From Shigella phage Sf25: DNA of 64,000 nt. Below the pieces are notes generated by a model. The model searched no databases. It saw nothing but the letters and a program-made list of their open reading frames with translations, and was not told the DNA's origin. The position numbers and the translations under genes are program-made. Shown here piece after piece: positions 60,197 to 64,000 of this stretch; the stretch's first letter is position 1, and each line of letters opens with the position of its first letter. The stretch lies in sequence record MF327009; one strand, 5' to 3'.

Positions 60197-60639
60197 TTAT
60201 CCTCTTTTAACTCTTGACGATAATAACATATCATAGTTTTCTGATCATGTACATATCGTTTTACATCATTAAGCCAAATGCGAAATTCCTGGGAATCTTC
60301 AAATGGCATACCGACCCAAGCTTTACCATCAATAACTTTAACTTGCCAGGATAGTTTAGCTTCATCGTATGACTTTATTTGTACTGGCCAATTAGGATGA
60401 ACTGTTTCTTTCTTTACTTCTAGAGGCTTTGTCGAACAACCAACTAGAAGACCAATAGATAATATTACCCAAGCTTTACCATCAATAACTTTAACTTGCC
60501 AGGATAGTTTAGCTTCATCGTATGACTTTATTTGTACTGGCCAATTAGGATGAACTGTTTCTTTCTTTACTTCTAGAGGCTTTGTCGAACAACCAACTAG
60601 AAGACCAATAGATAATATTACTGCTGATAGTTTAATCAT
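60187..60639 (-). CDS. outer-membrane spanin (o-spanin lipoprotein) carrying an in-frame 51-codon tandem duplication
   Basis: 150 aa; signal peptide with lipobox LLVGC; residues ILSIGLLVGCSTKPLEV...DGKAWV occur twice in tandem. Confidence 0.7.
   Translation of the reverse strand: MIKLSAVILSIGLLVGCSTKPLEVKKETVHPNWPVQIKSYDEAKLSWQVKVIDGKAWVILSIGLLVGCSTKPLEVKKETVHPNWPVQIKSYDEAKLSWQVKVIDGKAWVGMPFEDSQEFRIWLNDVKRYVHDQKTMICYYRQELKEDKCK
60314..60619. repeat. perfect tandem duplication, 2 x 153 bp (60314-60466 and 60467-60619)
   Basis: identical at offset 153, in frame within the o-spanin gene. Confidence 0.95.
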
Positions 60640-60989
60640 TTAGAAAGGTCCTGGATGTCTTCTGCGAACTTGTTGAAGGAGTTGTTGATTTGTTTTTCAA
60701 CCAATCCTGGCTTACTAGCCACCACATCCGCCTTCTTTGCGTCTTTGCGCAGCTTTTCATTTTCACGCTCAATAGCAGCAATTGCCTCACGATTTTTATT
60801 ATTCATTGCATCAATATAATTATATTGATTTTTTAAATCATTTAATGCTAAAGCATTTTCATTAGCAGTTTTTGTAATTTCTACGACAGACGTTTCTAAT
60901 CTTTCAATTTTGTGTTTTAAAACTAAAGAAGTTCCGCCCAATATAATTACAATTAATAGTAAACCTGCTGTAGTATTACTTAATTGCAT
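60636..60989 (-). CDS. inner-membrane spanin (i-spanin)
   Basis: 117 aa; N-terminal transmembrane segment then coiled-coil; directly upstream of the o-spanin. Confidence 0.7.
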   Translation of the reverse strand: MQLSNTTAGLLLIVIILGGTSLVLKHKIERLETSVVEITKTANENALALNDLKNQYNYIDAMNNKNREAIAAIERENEKLRKDAKKADVVASKPGLVEKQINNSFNKFAEDIQDLSK

Positions 60990-61483
60990 AAAGTTTTAAT
61001 AACCTCTATAATATCGTCTTGAGAAAGACCGTTAATTAAAATATGATGTTCAGCTGGAGATTTAGAAATTTTAAAGCATGCCGCAACATCTTCTGCCATA
61101 TCTGATGCACTACGATTTGGATTACTAATTCCAAGACGATGCTTTCCAGTCAAAGGATTAACGATGATATAGCATTTGCAGCTATTGATATGAACATTAG
61201 GCTGAGTCTGATTAATGAATACTTCGCACTCATACTTAGCGAGTTGATTTTCTAAAAAGACTTTCATCTCCTCAACCGCATCAGGAAGCATATCACGGGC
61301 TTGCTCAAGACGACGATTTCGATATTCTTTAATGGTCGTTTTCCGCTTGACTTGCTTAGCTAAATCTTTCTTAAGATCGGTGATATATCCAACTCGACGA
61401 TTTCCTTTAAATACAGAAATCCCATCTGTAGTATCACCGTATGCTTCAACGACCATCTCAGTAGTAATAAGCTGCAAATCCAT
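60980..61483 (-). CDS. alc: Alc, inhibitor of host transcription
   Basis: 167 aa from second Met; position between rnlA and the spanins. Confidence 0.75.
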   Translation of the reverse strand: MDLQLITTEMVVEAYGDTTDGISVFKGNRRVGYITDLKKDLAKQVKRKTTIKEYRNRRLEQARDMLPDAVEEMKVFLENQLAKYECEVFINQTQPNVHINSCKCYIIVNPLTGKHRLGISNPNRSASDMAEDVAACFKISKSPAEHHILINGLSQDDIIEVIKTLCN

Positions 61484-61514
61484 CATAAAGTCCTCATGTT
61501 ATGTCAGTAAGATT

Positions 61515-61543
61515 ACTATAACACAACACGAGGGACTTGTAAA
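61515..61543 (-). promoter_or_regulatory. sigma70-like early promoter upstream of alc (second copy of the 54-bp element)
   Basis: 61491-61544 is identical to 45401-45454: -35 TTTACA, 17-nt spacer, TGtTATAGT. Confidence 0.65.
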
Positions 61544-61547
61544 CAGC

Positions 61548-63135
<1,588 letters not shown>

Positions 63136-63162
63136 AATAAAATGGGCCTTGTGGCCCACTCC

Positions 63163-64000
63163 TTAAAAATATTTTTTAAAACTCATCATAACTTTATCAT
63201 CAACATCATTATCAATCTGTGCTACAAGGTAAGATGACAGTTCTACTTCTTGTGGCGCGGATTGAACATTATCAGAATTAAGATATTCACGAATCCAAGG
63301 ATACGGATGTTTAACCGGAGCATCAGTAATTGGGCATGGAAGACCGCACTGTTTCATACGAGATACAGTTAAGTAATCAATAAAGCTCCACATGCTATTT
63401 GTATTTAATCCAGGAACATCGCCATCTTTAAATAAATGAACTGCCCAGTCTTTTTCTTGACGGTTAACTTCCATGAAAATATCAACTGCTTCTTGTTCAC
63501 ACTCTTGGGCAATTTTAACCCATTCATCACCATCAGTGCCAAGTTGAAGTTGACGAATAATATATTGGGTGCCTTTAAGGTGAAGCTGCTCATCACGTGC
63601 AATGAACTTCATAATCTTGGCATTACCTTCCATGATTTCCATGTTTTTATGGAAGTTAAAGGTACATGCGAAAGATACATAAAAACGAATAGCTTCCAAT
63701 GCGTTGATTACATGCAAGCAGAGGTAAAGAGATTTCATTAGCGCTCGTTTAGTACATTCAACAACTTTGCCTAGCTCTTCTTTACGAAATCCTTCTGATA
63801 AAATTCCTTCATAATCTTCAACCGCATTCTGGTATTCACGAGTCTTAACTAGAACATCATCGTAATAGCGACCAATGGACTCGGCACGTTTCATAATAGC
63901 TTTATCTAATACAATCTCATCAAACACCTTTGACGGATCAGTATAAAGATTTCGCATGATATGAGTATATGAACGACTGTGAATAGTTTCACTAAAAGTC
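63163..64000 (-). CDS. nrdB: ribonucleotide reductase small subunit NrdB, C-terminal part (runs off the window)
   Basis: frame open to the window edge; R2 iron-ligand region ...ETIHSRSYTH... Confidence 0.8.
   Translation of the reverse strand, partial: TFSETIHSRSYTHIMRNLYTDPSKVFDEIVLDKAIMKRAESIGRYYDDVLVKTREYQNAVEDYEGILSEGFRKEELGKVVECTKRALMKSLYLCLHVINALEAIRFYVSFACTFNFHKNMEIMEGNAKIMKFIARDEQLHLKGTQYIIRQLQLGTDGDEWVKIAQECEQEAVDIFMEVNRQEKDWAVHLFKDGDVPGLNTNSMWSFIDYLTVSRMKQCGLPCPITDAPVKHPYPWIREYLNSDNVQSAPQEVELSSYLVAQIDNDVDDKVMMSFKKYF

Overview
This window is a contiguous stretch of a T4-like (T-even, Tevenvirinae) myovirus genome. Gene order and ORF lengths match the T4 map from gene 2 through nrdB. 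Contents, in order: head completion genes 2 and 4; the baseplate, tail fibre and neck block (53, 5, 6-12, wac, 13-15); terminase 16/17; tail sheath and tube 18/19; portal 20; the prohead core, protease, scaffold and capsid genes (67, 68, 21, 22, 23, 24); rnlB, hoc and inh; uvsW and uvsY; baseplate hub genes 25-29, 48 and 54; two Alt ADP-ribosyltransferase paralogs; DNA ligase 30; then an early-gene region (HAD hydrolase, NADAR, rIII, 31, cd, pseT, spanins, alc, rnlA, denA, partial nrdB). T4-type late promoters (TATAAATA), sigma70-like early promoters and hairpin terminators are visible. No foreign gene cassette or large unknown ORF is present. The unusual signals are structural: four perfect two-copy tandem duplications (310, 202, 165 and 153 bp), a frameshifting internal deletion in gene 5.4 (PAAR-like spike tip), and a hoc gene that has lost its 5' end and start codon. 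The T4 homing endonuclease genes segD and segE are absent from their expected sites, so this is probably a close T4 relative or derivative rather than reference T4. All gene identifications rest on recognised protein sequence, motifs, length and synteny; no database search was run.
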